A stretch of 64,000 nt of DNA from an uncultured Acidobacteriota bacterium (GTDB lineage Bacteria > Acidobacteriota > Thermoanaerobaculia > Multivoradales > UBA5704), in the NCBI GenBank assembly GCA_963792575.1, contig CAWBWZ010000021.1:194778-258777 (forward strand), given 5' to 3'. The stretch's first letter is position 1. Every line of letters starts with the position of its first letter. The position numbers and the translations under genes were made by a program. The notes under the pieces are model-generated. The model was not told the origin of the DNA. It saw only the letters and a program-made list of their open reading frames with translations, and searched no databases. Below are positions 37,043 through 45,822 of this stretch, piece by piece.

Positions 37043-38605
37043 TTACTGTGAGACGTCTTCGGGGTCAGGTTTCAGGTCGTGCGGCAGGGTAACGGTACCT
37101 GATATGTGGAGGGCGGCGCGGGTGGCCTCCAGCAGGTAGGAGCGCGGTTCGACGCCCGCGAGTTTGGCGGTCTCGCAGAGGCTGTAGAAGAGCGCCGCTA
37201 CCTCTGTGCCCCGCTTCGATCGCGAGCCATAGTGATTCTTCCGGCCGACGACGACACCTCGCAGCGCCCGTTCGGCGGCATTGTTGTCAAGCGGGATCCG
37301 GGGGTTCTCGAGGAAGCGGGTCAGACCCTTCCACATTCCAAGCAGGTACTCCGTAGCCCGCCCCAAAGCGCTGCGGGGCAGGGTCTTTCGTCGCAGATCT
37401 TCGGCGCACGCGTAAATCTGCGCAATCAGCGGACGAGAGCGCTCTTCCCGTAATTTTGCCCGCAAGGCGAGATGCTCCTGCGCCTCAGGAAAGCCCAGCC
37501 GGGGCGCCTCGCGCTCTACCGCATAGAGCTTGCCAAAAAGCTGCAAAATATCTCCGCAAGCCTGCGGGTACTCAGGCTCGATTTCGATGAATTTTCGCCG
37601 CGCATGGGCCCAGCAGTGCGCCAAGGTGATCTCCGGCCCGGCCCGAGCCAAAGACTCATAGGCTCCGTAGCCATCGCAAAGCACAATCCCGCGGTAGCCG
37701 GAGAGCACCGACCGAGCGGCTTTCGTGGAGCGGCTGCCCAACAGGCGATAGAAGACCGCCTCCTCGCTGGCCACGCACCAAACCCACCAGCGCGAGGTCT
37801 CCGTCTCTTGTCCCATCAACCGCCAGTGAGTCTCGTCGGCGTACACCACCGGGGAGGTGAGCACCCGCGGGCGCAGAGCCTCATAGGAGGGTTCGAGATG
37901 GCAGGCCAAGGCCTCGATCTGATCCCATAGCGTCTGAGAGGTCACCGTCAGGCCCTCCCTCGCCATGATCCGCACCTGCCGCTCCAAAGGAGCATGGTCC
38001 AGGTATTTGCTGATCGCCACCTCGACGGCCAACTCCGCGGAATAGCGACCGCCCGGAATGAGGCGAGCCGGCCCTGGCGCGGTCACGACGCTGGCGTTGC
38101 ACTGGCAGCGATACTTGCGTCGCCGGTGCCGCACCACTTGGAAACTGCGCTGGACGAGAGTGACCTCTTCGTAGTCTTCCGACTGTTCGCCCATCTCGGC
38201 CATCTGATGGCCACACTGCGGACAGGACCGCTCGGCCTCGGGCAACTCATGGATGGCCTCGACGATCGGCAATTGTTTCTGCTCCCGCGGGCCGTGGCCA
38301 CTGGGCACCGCCGGTTCCGAGGCCGTCTCGGAGGTCGACCGCGGCCGCTTTTCCGAGGAGACGCCAAAGATCTCTCGCTCCCGGCGGGCCAAGAGCTCCT
38401 GTAACTGATCGATCTCCAGTTGCAGGGCCTGGGCGTCGGCGCCCTGCAACTTCAGCTTTTCCGCGGTGAGCTTTCGAAGGCGTTCGTGGAGGGTTTCGTT
38501 CTCACGCCAGAGCAGACGAGCCACCTGCCGGAGGATCTCGATATTCTGCTCGGTCTCGATCTTGACCACGACCCAGATTGCAGCACAGCTGCACCTAGAA
38601 AGCAA
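37043..38605 (-). CDS. tnpC: IS66-family transposase TnpC
   Basis: Leucine-zipper-like N-terminus, zinc-finger CPQCGH..., then a DDE region. 520 aa, directly downstream of an IS66 Orf2-like gene. Confidence 0.85.
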   Translation of the reverse strand: MLSRCSCAAIWVVVKIETEQNIEILRQVARLLWRENETLHERLRKLTAEKLKLQGADAQALQLEIDQLQELLARREREIFGVSSEKRPRSTSETASEPAVPSGHGPREQKQLPIVEAIHELPEAERSCPQCGHQMAEMGEQSEDYEEVTLVQRSFQVVRHRRRKYRCQCNASVVTAPGPARLIPGGRYSAELAVEVAISKYLDHAPLERQVRIMAREGLTVTSQTLWDQIEALACHLEPSYEALRPRVLTSPVVYADETHWRLMGQETETSRWWVWCVASEEAVFYRLLGSRSTKAARSVLSGYRGIVLCDGYGAYESLARAGPEITLAHCWAHARRKFIEIEPEYPQACGDILQLFGKLYAVEREAPRLGFPEAQEHLALRAKLREERSRPLIAQIYACAEDLRRKTLPRSALGRATEYLLGMWKGLTRFLENPRIPLDNNAAERALRGVVVGRKNHYGSRSKRGTEVAALFYSLCETAKLAGVEPRSYLLEATRAALHISGTVTLPHDLKPDPEDVSQ

Positions 38606-38963
38606 GGTTTTTTCGCGGAAAGACGGGTGGCGAAAGCGCGATCTTGCCCACCAGCGTACTGCCTTCCAAGAACAACTCCAACTCGCTCATCGTCAGGCGC
38701 AGCCGAGCGTTCCCCGGCTCCCGCCAAAGGCTGGCGAAACACCCTTGCTCCAGACGCTTGCTGTAGATGCACAGACCAGTACCGTCCCACAGCAGCACCT
38801 TCGCCAAGTGCCGGCTCCGGTTGACGAAGAGAAATAGATCCCCCGACAGTGGATCCTGGCCGAGGTCTCCGCCCACCAGCGCCGCCAGCCCATCGAAACC
38901 CTTTCTCAGGTCGACCGCACGGCCGTAAGCCCAAACCCGCACCTGGCGCGTGGCTCCGATCAT
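38595..38963 (-). CDS. tnpB: IS66 Orf2-like protein TnpB
   Basis: VWAYGRAVDLRKGFDGLAALV..DPLSGDLFLFVNRSRHLAKVLLWDGTGLCIYSKRLEQGCF is the canonical IS66 Orf2 pattern. Confidence 0.9.
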   Translation of the reverse strand: MIGATRQVRVWAYGRAVDLRKGFDGLAALVGGDLGQDPLSGDLFLFVNRSRHLAKVLLWDGTGLCIYSKRLEQGCFASLWREPGNARLRLTMSELELFLEGSTLVGKIALSPPVFPRKNLAF

Positions 38964-39319
38964 CCCAGGACTCGCAGCAACTCGGCGATCTGCGCCAGCC
39001 GCAGACCTTCAATCCGCCAACCCGACGGCGTCACCACAACGAGGAAGGATGTCGAGCCGAGCGCTTCCTGGTCTCTCTGCACCTCTACGGGCCGCAGCGG
39101 CTCGTCAGCGCCTATCCTCCCAAGCCAGCGCGCCAGTGTCGCTGGCCCAATCCCCAAATCCTCGGCCACCCTCCCGAGGCTCCGGCCTTCTCGCATTCCC
39201 CTTCGCGCCAAGGCCACCGCCTCCTGACGCAGATCCTCCCGATAGCGCACGCCACGACTCGGCGGGCCACCCAAGGACCTCGCTACAGCACTGCGAAACT
39301 GCTCCACTTGTGTAGGCAT
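38960..39319 (-). CDS. tnpA: IS66 Orf1-like HTH protein TnpA
   Basis: HTH segment GRSLGRVAEDLGIGPATLARW. ATGA-type overlap with tnpB. The start is at internal Met 39319. Confidence 0.75.
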   Translation of the reverse strand: MPTQVEQFRSAVARSLGGPPSRGVRYREDLRQEAVALARRGMREGRSLGRVAEDLGIGPATLARWLGRIGADEPLRPVEVQRDQEALGSTSFLVVVTPSGWRIEGLRLAQIAELLRVLG

Positions 39320-39392
39320 CCTGATCCCTCCTGGGGAATCAGACTGCACGAAACAGGCGACCGGGACCAGACGGGGAAGGGCGAGGTGTTAC

Positions 39393-39744
39393 CTACTTCG
39401 CGGGCACTCCCCTGCCGCCCCCCAGCGGCGTCATCGCGCAGCCGCCCGACATCGCCATCGAGATCGTCTCCCCGACGCCCCGCGATGGCCGCCGGGATCG
39501 GGTGGAGAAAGTAGCGGACTACGCCGCCTTCGGGGTGCGCTACTACTGGATCGTCGATCCTCAACTCCGCAGCCTGGAGATCCTGGGCCGGGGTCCCCAA
39601 GGCCGCTACGAACACCTCCTCAGCGCCACGGAAGGCACGATCGACATTCTACTTTTTCAGATTACCCAAAGAGCAATTTTCAGCCCCGCAGGGGCGATCG
39701 GAATTAGCCCGGGCCGTGAGGCCCGGGAACCGCCCCCCACCTAA
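39393..39744 (+). pseudogene. Uma2-family endonuclease, C-terminal half
   Basis: YFAGTPLPPPSGVIAQPPDIAIEIVSPTPRDGRRDRVEKVADYAAFGVRYYWIVDP carries the Uma2 catalytic D..E.K-type region. The 3' end runs into a REP-like element. Confidence 0.7.
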
Positions 39745-39877
39745 CCAGGAGCCCCGCAAGGGCGGCAGGAAACGACGCCACGCTGATCTCCTGCCGCCCC
39801 TGCGGGCTTTGGGGTGGTTTGCTCCGGGTTCCCGGGGCTGACGCCCCGGGCTAATTCCGGTCGCCCCTGCGGGGCTG
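39681..39877. repeat. About 200-bp nested palindromic REP-like element (family 3)
   Basis: Left arm CAGCCCCGCAGGGGCGATCGGAATTAGCCCGGGCCGTGAGGCCCGGGAACC. Right arm GGTTCCCGGGGCTGACGCCCCGGGCTAATTCCGGTCGCCCCTGCGGGGCTG. A second hairpin sits between them. Confidence 0.75.
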
Positions 39878-40057
39878 ATCTGACAAAGTAGAAATAAGCA
39901 GAACCCACACACCCGGGATCGACAAGCCGAAGCATTGACGCGCCTCATGAAATAAATTATCTTTATGCCTTAGCCTAGAAGCAGAAGAACCATGCATGGA
40001 TCGCTATCTCCAGGGGTCCTCGTTGGGGCAACGCCTTGTCCATGACTAGGCTAACTA

Positions 40058-40852
40058 TTGCACCGCCGTAGGTATAACTCTACCAGGAGGCACACAGTGT
40101 TCTCGGCAGCTACAAGCAAGAAATTTATCACTCTCTTTCTGTTGACCGCGTTGACCACAAGTTGCGCAGAACTGCAGCCATCGGTATTGACTCAACGACA
40201 ATTCACGGCGCTAAACGCTCTGGCTGCTCCCGTAGCGCTGCCACCGCTCAATACTGAGGCTGTAGCCCAAGTCGGTGATACGATGATCCAAGGTGGGAAT
40301 GTCTATACCCGTCCCGCGATCCGCCTTATTCAAGCAGTCATACATCGAGGCCTTAGCAAAGGGCCATTCACAATCCAGATTCCCGCAGGGGTTCTAGTAG
40401 CGTCAGGAACTTCCAGGTCTGGTCCGCTGCGGGGAGTATTCTTCGAAGCTCAACAACCGCTGCAGTTCGTTTCTGCCGGTAACGTAGTCGTAAAGGGCGG
40501 CATCTTCGTGCCTGAAGGACAGGGCGCACCGCCAGAGATTTACTGGCACGCAACCGATACCGGAGTGCCGCTTGTTGATCCAGACCCCACAATTCGGTTT
40601 GAGCGTACTACTCATGAGGAGTGGCAGAGCGAGAGCTTTCGTCGCGAGCTGATTTACAACGGCCGCTCGGGAGGAACGATCAAGCTTCTATACCGTGAGT
40701 TTAGCGAAGAACAAATCCGCCCTGCCTTCACTCAAGAAGTCACGTACGACTTCGTACAAGGTGAACCAATTGGCTTCAAGGGCGCACGCTTTCAGGTAAT
40801 CGACGCCGATAATATTAGAATCAAATACATTGTCCTGCACCACTTCAACTGA
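40058..40852 (+). CDS. Putative lipoprotein (hypothetical)
   Basis: Lipobox-like FLLTALTTSC near the N-terminus. Lower G+C. Start uncertain. Confidence 0.5.
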   Translation: MHRRRYNSTRRHTVFSAATSKKFITLFLLTALTTSCAELQPSVLTQRQFTALNALAAPVALPPLNTEAVAQVGDTMIQGGNVYTRPAIRLIQAVIHRGLSKGPFTIQIPAGVLVASGTSRSGPLRGVFFEAQQPLQFVSAGNVVVKGGIFVPEGQGAPPEIYWHATDTGVPLVDPDPTIRFERTTHEEWQSESFRRELIYNGRSGGTIKLLYREFSEEQIRPAFTQEVTYDFVQGEPIGFKGARFQVIDADNIRIKYIVLHHFN

Positions 40853-41078
40853 GGAAACTCTCTGTGGCTTCTCACAACGTCTCCTAATGGGCCAACACAG
40901 TAAGCCGCTTACCCGAAAGGCTGAAACGTTTGACGTATCTCATAAAGCGGACCATGACATGCACGCCGTTGCTATTGCTGAGAGATTCACCAACAGAGTC
41001 GGAGGCCTCGCCGCAACATAGCAGAGTTAAGTCGGAGTAGCCACGCGGTCAACGATTGATCTCTATAATGGGGTAGGC

Positions 41079-41987
41079 ATGAAGAACAACTCCTTGGGCA
41101 CCAGTTGGGTACCGGCACGTCTTGTAATTTCGGTTTTCGCCGCCGGGATGGTTGCGCTCTTCGTTTGGTCGATCTACGCACTTTGGGAGCGACTGGAGCG
41201 GCGGGAGGGAAGGCCATATTCAGCAGAAAAACTCCCGCCTCGTCCCGAACTAGACCGTGTCGTAGAGTCAATTAACAAGCGACTAGCTGCTACCAAAATC
41301 TCTGAATATGGCGTAATGGTCGAAGGTGAGCCTCCTGCAATGAGGCTCACCATCGCTACTGATCACCCCAACTACTTCTTTGACAGCACGAGTTATGTAA
41401 TAGAAACAGGCGGCGACGTGCGCAAAATACCTACCGCCGGGCTTTGTCAGCTAATAGACAGAATAGAGCAGGAGAGAAACTCTCCTGCTCTGGACGCACT
41501 CGACAAGATTAATGCAGAAGCGGAGCTCGGGCCAGATGGAGCAAAATTGAAGGCTGCCGGTCCATTCAGAGCGGTATTCGAAGTACTATACGCCCTTAGA
41601 GGTGTCACAAAAATACCGAAGAGACAAGCAAGAATTTTAATCAAAGGGTACGCAGATGATCAAAAAACAGACTGGGGAAAAAATCTAGCGGCAACGCCAT
41701 ACCATTTCGATCACATTCCAGTTCTATTTCCAATGATGACAGAGAAAGAATCCCTCAATCCGGTGAACTTCCGTGCTCGGCCTGCCGTAGTAACCGTCCC
41801 AGATCCGTATAAAAATGAACACTTGCCTGATCTACGGGCAGCATTCTTCAAACAAGACTTTATCGAACCTTTCCTACGAGACTGCGGAGGAGTGGACAAT
41901 ATCCGAGTTTACATTTTAAAGGGCTATGAGTTCAGGAGACATGACCCCAGGGAGCGTCGAGTTGATGTTCAGATCGATTTGTTTTAA
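41079..41987 (+). CDS. Membrane-anchored protein with OmpA/MotB-like C-terminal domain (tentative)
   Basis: N-terminal TM helix LVISVFAAGMVALFVWSIYAL. The C-terminal ILIKGYADDQ...LPDLRAAFF...ERRVDVQIDLF resembles the OmpA_C peptidoglycan-binding pattern (h.I.G.TD...N..LS..RA...NRRVeh). Confidence 0.5.
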   Translation: MKNNSLGTSWVPARLVISVFAAGMVALFVWSIYALWERLERREGRPYSAEKLPPRPELDRVVESINKRLAATKISEYGVMVEGEPPAMRLTIATDHPNYFFDSTSYVIETGGDVRKIPTAGLCQLIDRIEQERNSPALDALDKINAEAELGPDGAKLKAAGPFRAVFEVLYALRGVTKIPKRQARILIKGYADDQKTDWGKNLAATPYHFDHIPVLFPMMTEKESLNPVNFRARPAVVTVPDPYKNEHLPDLRAAFFKQDFIEPFLRDCGGVDNIRVYILKGYEFRRHDPRERRVDVQIDLF

Positions 41988-42082
41988 CACATTAAGACAT
42001 CGATAGAAAGCATATGCGGTTAGAAGTAGGCTTGCCAGAGCTCACGGCGTAAGCCAGAGGGCAACCTGACCGGGAGGAGGTG

Positions 42083-42100
42083 CGTATAGGTGCCTGGCAC
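42083..42100. repeat. 18-bp direct repeat CGTATAGGTGCCTGGCAC, copy 1
   Basis: Identical to 44078-44095. An inverted 11-nt core, AGGTGCCTGGC, is also at 42281-42291. Confidence 0.75.
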
Positions 42101-42365
42101 CTTCTCTCAGAGCTAAGAGCCCCATCTCAACCTCGCGCTGCTCGGCGCGGACCCGTAGCTCGTCTGCACGGAACTCGAAGACTACGCCAATCGAGTTCTC
42201 CGGTACCTCGGTTGCGACCGGAGTTCCGCCCGACCACCTCCCTGTTCCTGCGGATCTTGGCAGCGTAACAGCTGAATAATGCCAGGCACCTCTTCGTTCG
42301 CTGTCAGCCCTTGGCCGACCAGGACTGCCATGATTAAAAAAGCTTCTCTACCTCGAATGCTCTTA

Positions 42366-43466
42366 TTACCTATCAAAAGTAGCTAGGTACAATTTAGCTT
42401 CTTCTCGCTCTCTTTGGGAAGAATCACGAGAATTCGCCAGTGAAGCAAGGATCTCCCTTGCGGCCTGCCTTTCTGCCAAGTCAACCCCGAACTGTAACAT
42501 CGCCCGACAAGCAGTAAGAACTAGATTTGCAGCATTGCTCTCCTGACCAGCAGCAATCAATCGGCGAGCCCCTTCCAAAATAAATCCCCGCCTCGCGGAG
42601 TCTCCCATAAGGCTCAAATAGTACACCAGATTATTTAACGCCATCATTTCAGCCGCCCCACCAACCTTGCGGAGAAGTTCATAGCCCTGCTGAACGAACA
42701 TGATGGCCTCGGCCAACTTATCCCTATCTCGAACATCTAAACTTTCATGATCTATCGCTGCTTCTGCTACCACATACCCCAAAACTGAGAGCATTCGCCC
42801 TCTCATCTCAATTTCCAACGACAGAAATCTTTCCTCAATCAGCCTTCTAAGAGATGGCCAAGCTATTACAAAGAACCCCGCAACCAACACCACTTGAAGA
42901 AAGAGTACGCACACAAAGCCAGCGGCAATAAAAATCTGACCCCTTACCCCAGATGCTACATTTCCTTGCCCAACAACATACAAGAAGACGGCCGATATAA
43001 GCATAAGTAGGGAGGCAGTCCCGAGACTCAATGCAACGACCTTAGCCGACAGCGGTCGAATGGCAAGCGGCCGGCCAATTGTTTCTTGGCGAAACTGTTC
43101 GAATGGGGAGGACTCTTCTGTGCCGGGAGCAACCTGAGAGCTCTCGTTATCTGAAGGCGTGGGCCATGCGCTGCTGTCATGGGTTCGCAGCCCGCCTAGC
43201 TCGCCGACAAGTTCTTGGCTCGTTCGGCCTTCGAATGCAGAGAGTGTCACCAGGAAGTCAGCAGCTCTCAAATCGTAATCGCCAATGCTTCTGTCGATAG
43301 GCAATAAAAGTTCAACCATGCCTCCAGTAAAGGCGTTCCATCTACTCCATCTAACGACGTTAGTTGAATCAGATATTTCTATCCATCCCCTTGTCTTTAG
43401 ATAAACTGCTATTCGGGACAATGGAATTCTCTTCAATTCCTCGATTTCAGAAGTACTCTCTTTCAT
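42366..43466 (-). CDS. Membrane protein: soluble N-domain, about 3 TM helices, helical-repeat (TPR-like) C-terminus
   Basis: The start at Met 43466 gives an ATGA overlap with the DUF4365 gene. TM segments VVALSLGTASLLMLISAVFLYVV and IFIAAGFVCVLFLQVVLVAGFFVIAW. The C-terminal helical repeats include MALNNLVYYLSLMGDSARR. Confidence 0.6.
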   Translation of the reverse strand: MKESTSEIEELKRIPLSRIAVYLKTRGWIEISDSTNVVRWSRWNAFTGGMVELLLPIDRSIGDYDLRAADFLVTLSAFEGRTSQELVGELGGLRTHDSSAWPTPSDNESSQVAPGTEESSPFEQFRQETIGRPLAIRPLSAKVVALSLGTASLLMLISAVFLYVVGQGNVASGVRGQIFIAAGFVCVLFLQVVLVAGFFVIAWPSLRRLIEERFLSLEIEMRGRMLSVLGYVVAEAAIDHESLDVRDRDKLAEAIMFVQQGYELLRKVGGAAEMMALNNLVYYLSLMGDSARRGFILEGARRLIAAGQESNAANLVLTACRAMLQFGVDLAERQAAREILASLANSRDSSQREREEAKLYLATFDR

Positions 43467-43963
43467 GGCCGTCCCCCTCCCGCTATGAGCGCCATCAATT
43501 CTTGTAATCCTGTCGGACTGAAGAGCTGTCGACGCGGTAAGCGAACGGCTACCGACCGACGGTTGGCTTTTTCCGGAAGACCAAGCAAAGAAACCCAGTA
43601 GCCACAGTGCTTCAGCACTAGACATCTTTCATCATGATCAATCCAATCATTAACGTCGCCGGGCACCAAAACCACAACCAGAATTCTTGGAACCAAGAGG
43701 TTCGTGTGCCGGAGGTCATCATAATTTTTCTTTTTAAGATCGAAGCTTATATACTCTGGCTCGGGAGTTAGTGACGTGCACTTGATCTGCAATTCCAGCC
43801 TTGGCGAACGAATTGCGCCTACCGTGCGGGCAGATATCCCGAGATCTATACTTTCATTATCCACACTTGGCTTATGGACGGAATAACCGGAAGCAGCGGC
43901 AACCGCACCTACATATGCTAGGCTGAACTGTTCTTTCTTCGCCGACAAGTGCATTTCGTCCAA
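43463..43963 (-). CDS. DUF4365-like (restriction-endonuclease-fold) protein
   Basis: KKEQFSLAYVGAVAAASGYSVHKPSVDNESIDLGISA....PRLELQIKCTS matches my recollection of the DUF4365 pattern (E..a.h..ha...G......D.GhD..h....h.hQhK.T). Confidence 0.6.
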   Translation of the reverse strand: MDEMHLSAKKEQFSLAYVGAVAAASGYSVHKPSVDNESIDLGISARTVGAIRSPRLELQIKCTSLTPEPEYISFDLKKKNYDDLRHTNLLVPRILVVVLVPGDVNDWIDHDERCLVLKHCGYWVSLLGLPEKANRRSVAVRLPRRQLFSPTGLQELMALIAGGGRP

Positions 43964-44077
43964 TGGTGGAACTCCTGGCCTTCGTCGTAGCGTAACCCAA
44001 TTCTACTGACTCTCATTTATATCTATTTTGTTCATCATATAATGCTTTTCTCGATTCCGCCAGGGGAGGTCCTGTGC

Positions 44078-44095
44078 CGTATAGGTGCCTGGCAC
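44078..44095. repeat. 18-bp direct repeat CGTATAGGTGCCTGGCAC, copy 2
   Basis: See 42083-42100. Confidence 0.75.
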
Positions 44096-44152
44096 GGCCC
44101 TCAGCCCGCCCTCGAATTTGCACTCGCCAGGTTTGGGTGGGACAATCCCACC

Positions 44153-44386
44153 ATGTCGATATCGACAGTTGATGCCAAGCGGCGCGTGGTTCTTCCGGCG
44201 GCAAGACCCGGGGATGTCTTCGACATCCAGAACCAGGGTGAAGGCCGCCTGCTCCTGGTGCGCCTCGAACCTCCAGCGCCGGGACCCAGGATGAGCATGA
44301 CGAGCTGCCTTGAGGCTATCGCCGCCGCCCCTCTGCGGCCGAAAATGAACTGGGACTCCCTGAAGACAGTGACCCGGGAGCCATGA
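44153..44386 (+). CDS. Orphan AbrB/SpoVT-type antitoxin (VapB paralog) followed by a decayed vapC stub
   Basis: About 85% identical at the protein level to 33785..34018. The downstream ORF keeps only MMLLDT of the PIN N-terminus. Confidence 0.7.
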   Translation: MSISTVDAKRRVVLPAARPGDVFDIQNQGEGRLLLVRLEPPAPGPRMSMTSCLEAIAAAPLRPKMNWDSLKTVTREP

Positions 44387-44457
44387 TGCTCCTCGATACG
44401 ACAGCCCGAGACTGCGGTTATCGTGACGATCCCGGAGTAAGATTCGCCGCGCCGCGA

Positions 44458-45051
44458 TCACTCCACGATTCCGACAACAATCCGCAGCTTGGAGCCCGGC
44501 GAGCCGATCTGCTCGCGCATCTGCTCCTCAGAATCGAAGCTCCAGACGATCTCAGGGGACTCGGCCTTGCCGGGATTTGCGGCGCCTAATGCTCCACCGC
44601 TGATGATGTCACCAGCGCTCAGGCCCAAGACGAGTTGGTTCTTCCAGCTTCGGATCTCACGCTCGCCGTCCATCAGCGCGACGGAGACGTCTACTTTCTG
44701 CCGGTAATACTCTGTCCGGAGCGTCGGAACGACCACCAGTTCAACCCGACCTTTCTTCGCGGGACGCTTCCGGATCGAGACGCTCTGCACGGTCATCTGA
44801 TCGCATACATAGGCGGCCGTGTCTTTGATGAGGCGGGTCCTGTCCTTCGGGAGGTCGACCACGTGGGGCTTGGCCGGCGTGCCGTTTCCTGCGAGAGGCA
44901 CCTCCAGGAGCATCGGGCTTGGGACTTCGGTCTGCGTGGCCGGCGCGGTCTTCTTTACCTCCTCAGGTGTAGCCTGACGCGCCTCGACTTGGGCCCGCAG
45001 CGGAAAAGCGCACAAAAATAGCACGGCAGGGATCATCATCTTTCTCAACAT
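44458..45051 (-). CDS. Secreted hypothetical protein (197 aa)
   Basis: The start at Met 45051 has a strong RBS, GAGGAGG. Signal peptide MLRKMMIPAVLFLCAFPLRAQV. Confidence 0.55.
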   Translation of the reverse strand: MLRKMMIPAVLFLCAFPLRAQVEARQATPEEVKKTAPATQTEVPSPMLLEVPLAGNGTPAKPHVVDLPKDRTRLIKDTAAYVCDQMTVQSVSIRKRPAKKGRVELVVVPTLRTEYYRQKVDVSVALMDGEREIRSWKNQLVLGLSAGDIISGGALGAANPGKAESPEIVWSFDSEEQMREQIGSPGSKLRIVVGIVE

Positions 45052-45255
45052 GGAACCGAACCTCCTCAACAGTTTTCTTGAATTCTGCCTTTCATTCTCC
45101 TCTTTGTCCAGCACAGACATCCTGGAGCAGTCTTCTCCTCGCCGGCTGGCGCCTTGCCGGGATACCTTCTTCAGGATATTCTCGCGTGCGGAAATCGTCC
45201 TTGCCAGGATGCCTGGTACCCGAACGCCACTCCAGAAAGTCCACAACGGTTCGAT

Positions 45256-45420
45256 ATGACAGCCCAGAAGTGGTCAGACATCAGAGCGCAGAAATTTACT
45301 CCTGAGGAGCTCCGCGAGATCGACCAGGAGATCGAGTACGAGCTGTTGGAAATGGAAAGATCTCAGCCGGGCCGGGCGAAAGGAGTGCCTAATGGCGGAA
45401 CTGAAGACCAAACAGACTGA
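45256..45420 (+). CDS. Small ORF resembling only the N-terminal leader of XRE/HigA-type antitoxins (probable remnant)
   Basis: WSDIRAQKFTPEELREIDQEIEYELLEM is typical of the segment preceding the HTH in such antitoxins, but no HTH follows. Confidence 0.3.
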   Translation: MTAQKWSDIRAQKFTPEELREIDQEIEYELLEMERSQPGRAKGVPNGGTEDQTD

Positions 45421-45808
45421 GCAGAGCGTCGACGCATACATCGATGCGATCGCCGACGAGGTCCGGCGCCAGGATTGCCGCACCCTGATGGAACTGATGA
45501 GCAAGGCCACGGCCGCGGAGCCCAGAATGTGGGGCACCAGCATGGTGGGATTCGGCAGCTATCACTACAAGTACGACAGCGGACATGAAGGCGACGCCAT
45601 GCTGACCGGATTCGCGTCGCGCAAGCCGAACCTGACGCTCTACGTCATGCCCGGTTTCGCGGGGCATGAGTCGCTGCTGGCCAGGCTGGGCAAGCACAAG
45701 GCGGGGAAGGGTTGCCTCTATGTGAAACGTCTTGCCGACATCGATCTCGCGGTCCTCGCCGAGCTCGTCATGCTTTCGGTCGAGAAACTCAGGCAGCGCT
45801 ACAGCTGA
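45392..45808 (+). CDS. DUF1801 (YdhG-like) domain protein
   Basis: VDAYIDAI..RQDCRTLMELM..EPRMWGTSMVGFGSYHYKYDSGHEGD..LTLYV is the typical DUF1801 layout. Confidence 0.65.
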   Translation: MAELKTKQTEQSVDAYIDAIADEVRRQDCRTLMELMSKATAAEPRMWGTSMVGFGSYHYKYDSGHEGDAMLTGFASRKPNLTLYVMPGFAGHESLLARLGKHKAGKGCLYVKRLADIDLAVLAELVMLSVEKLRQRYS

Positions 45809-45822
45809 CCGGCTCAAACGGC

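Larger units (their letters stand above)
36947..39392 (-). mobile_element. IS66-family insertion sequence (2446 bp) with 8-bp target site duplication
   Basis: Terminal inverted repeats GTAACACCTCGCCCT... (40 of 46 nt match between the ends). The direct repeat CTACTTCG is at 36939-36946 and 39393-39400. Contains a tnpA-tnpB-tnpC operon. Confidence 0.9.

Noticed and set aside
41079-41987. Reading the OmpA/MotB-like protein as the ZorB component of a Zorya system.
   Set aside because: No MotA/ZorA-like multi-TM partner and no ZorC/D-like genes are present nearby.
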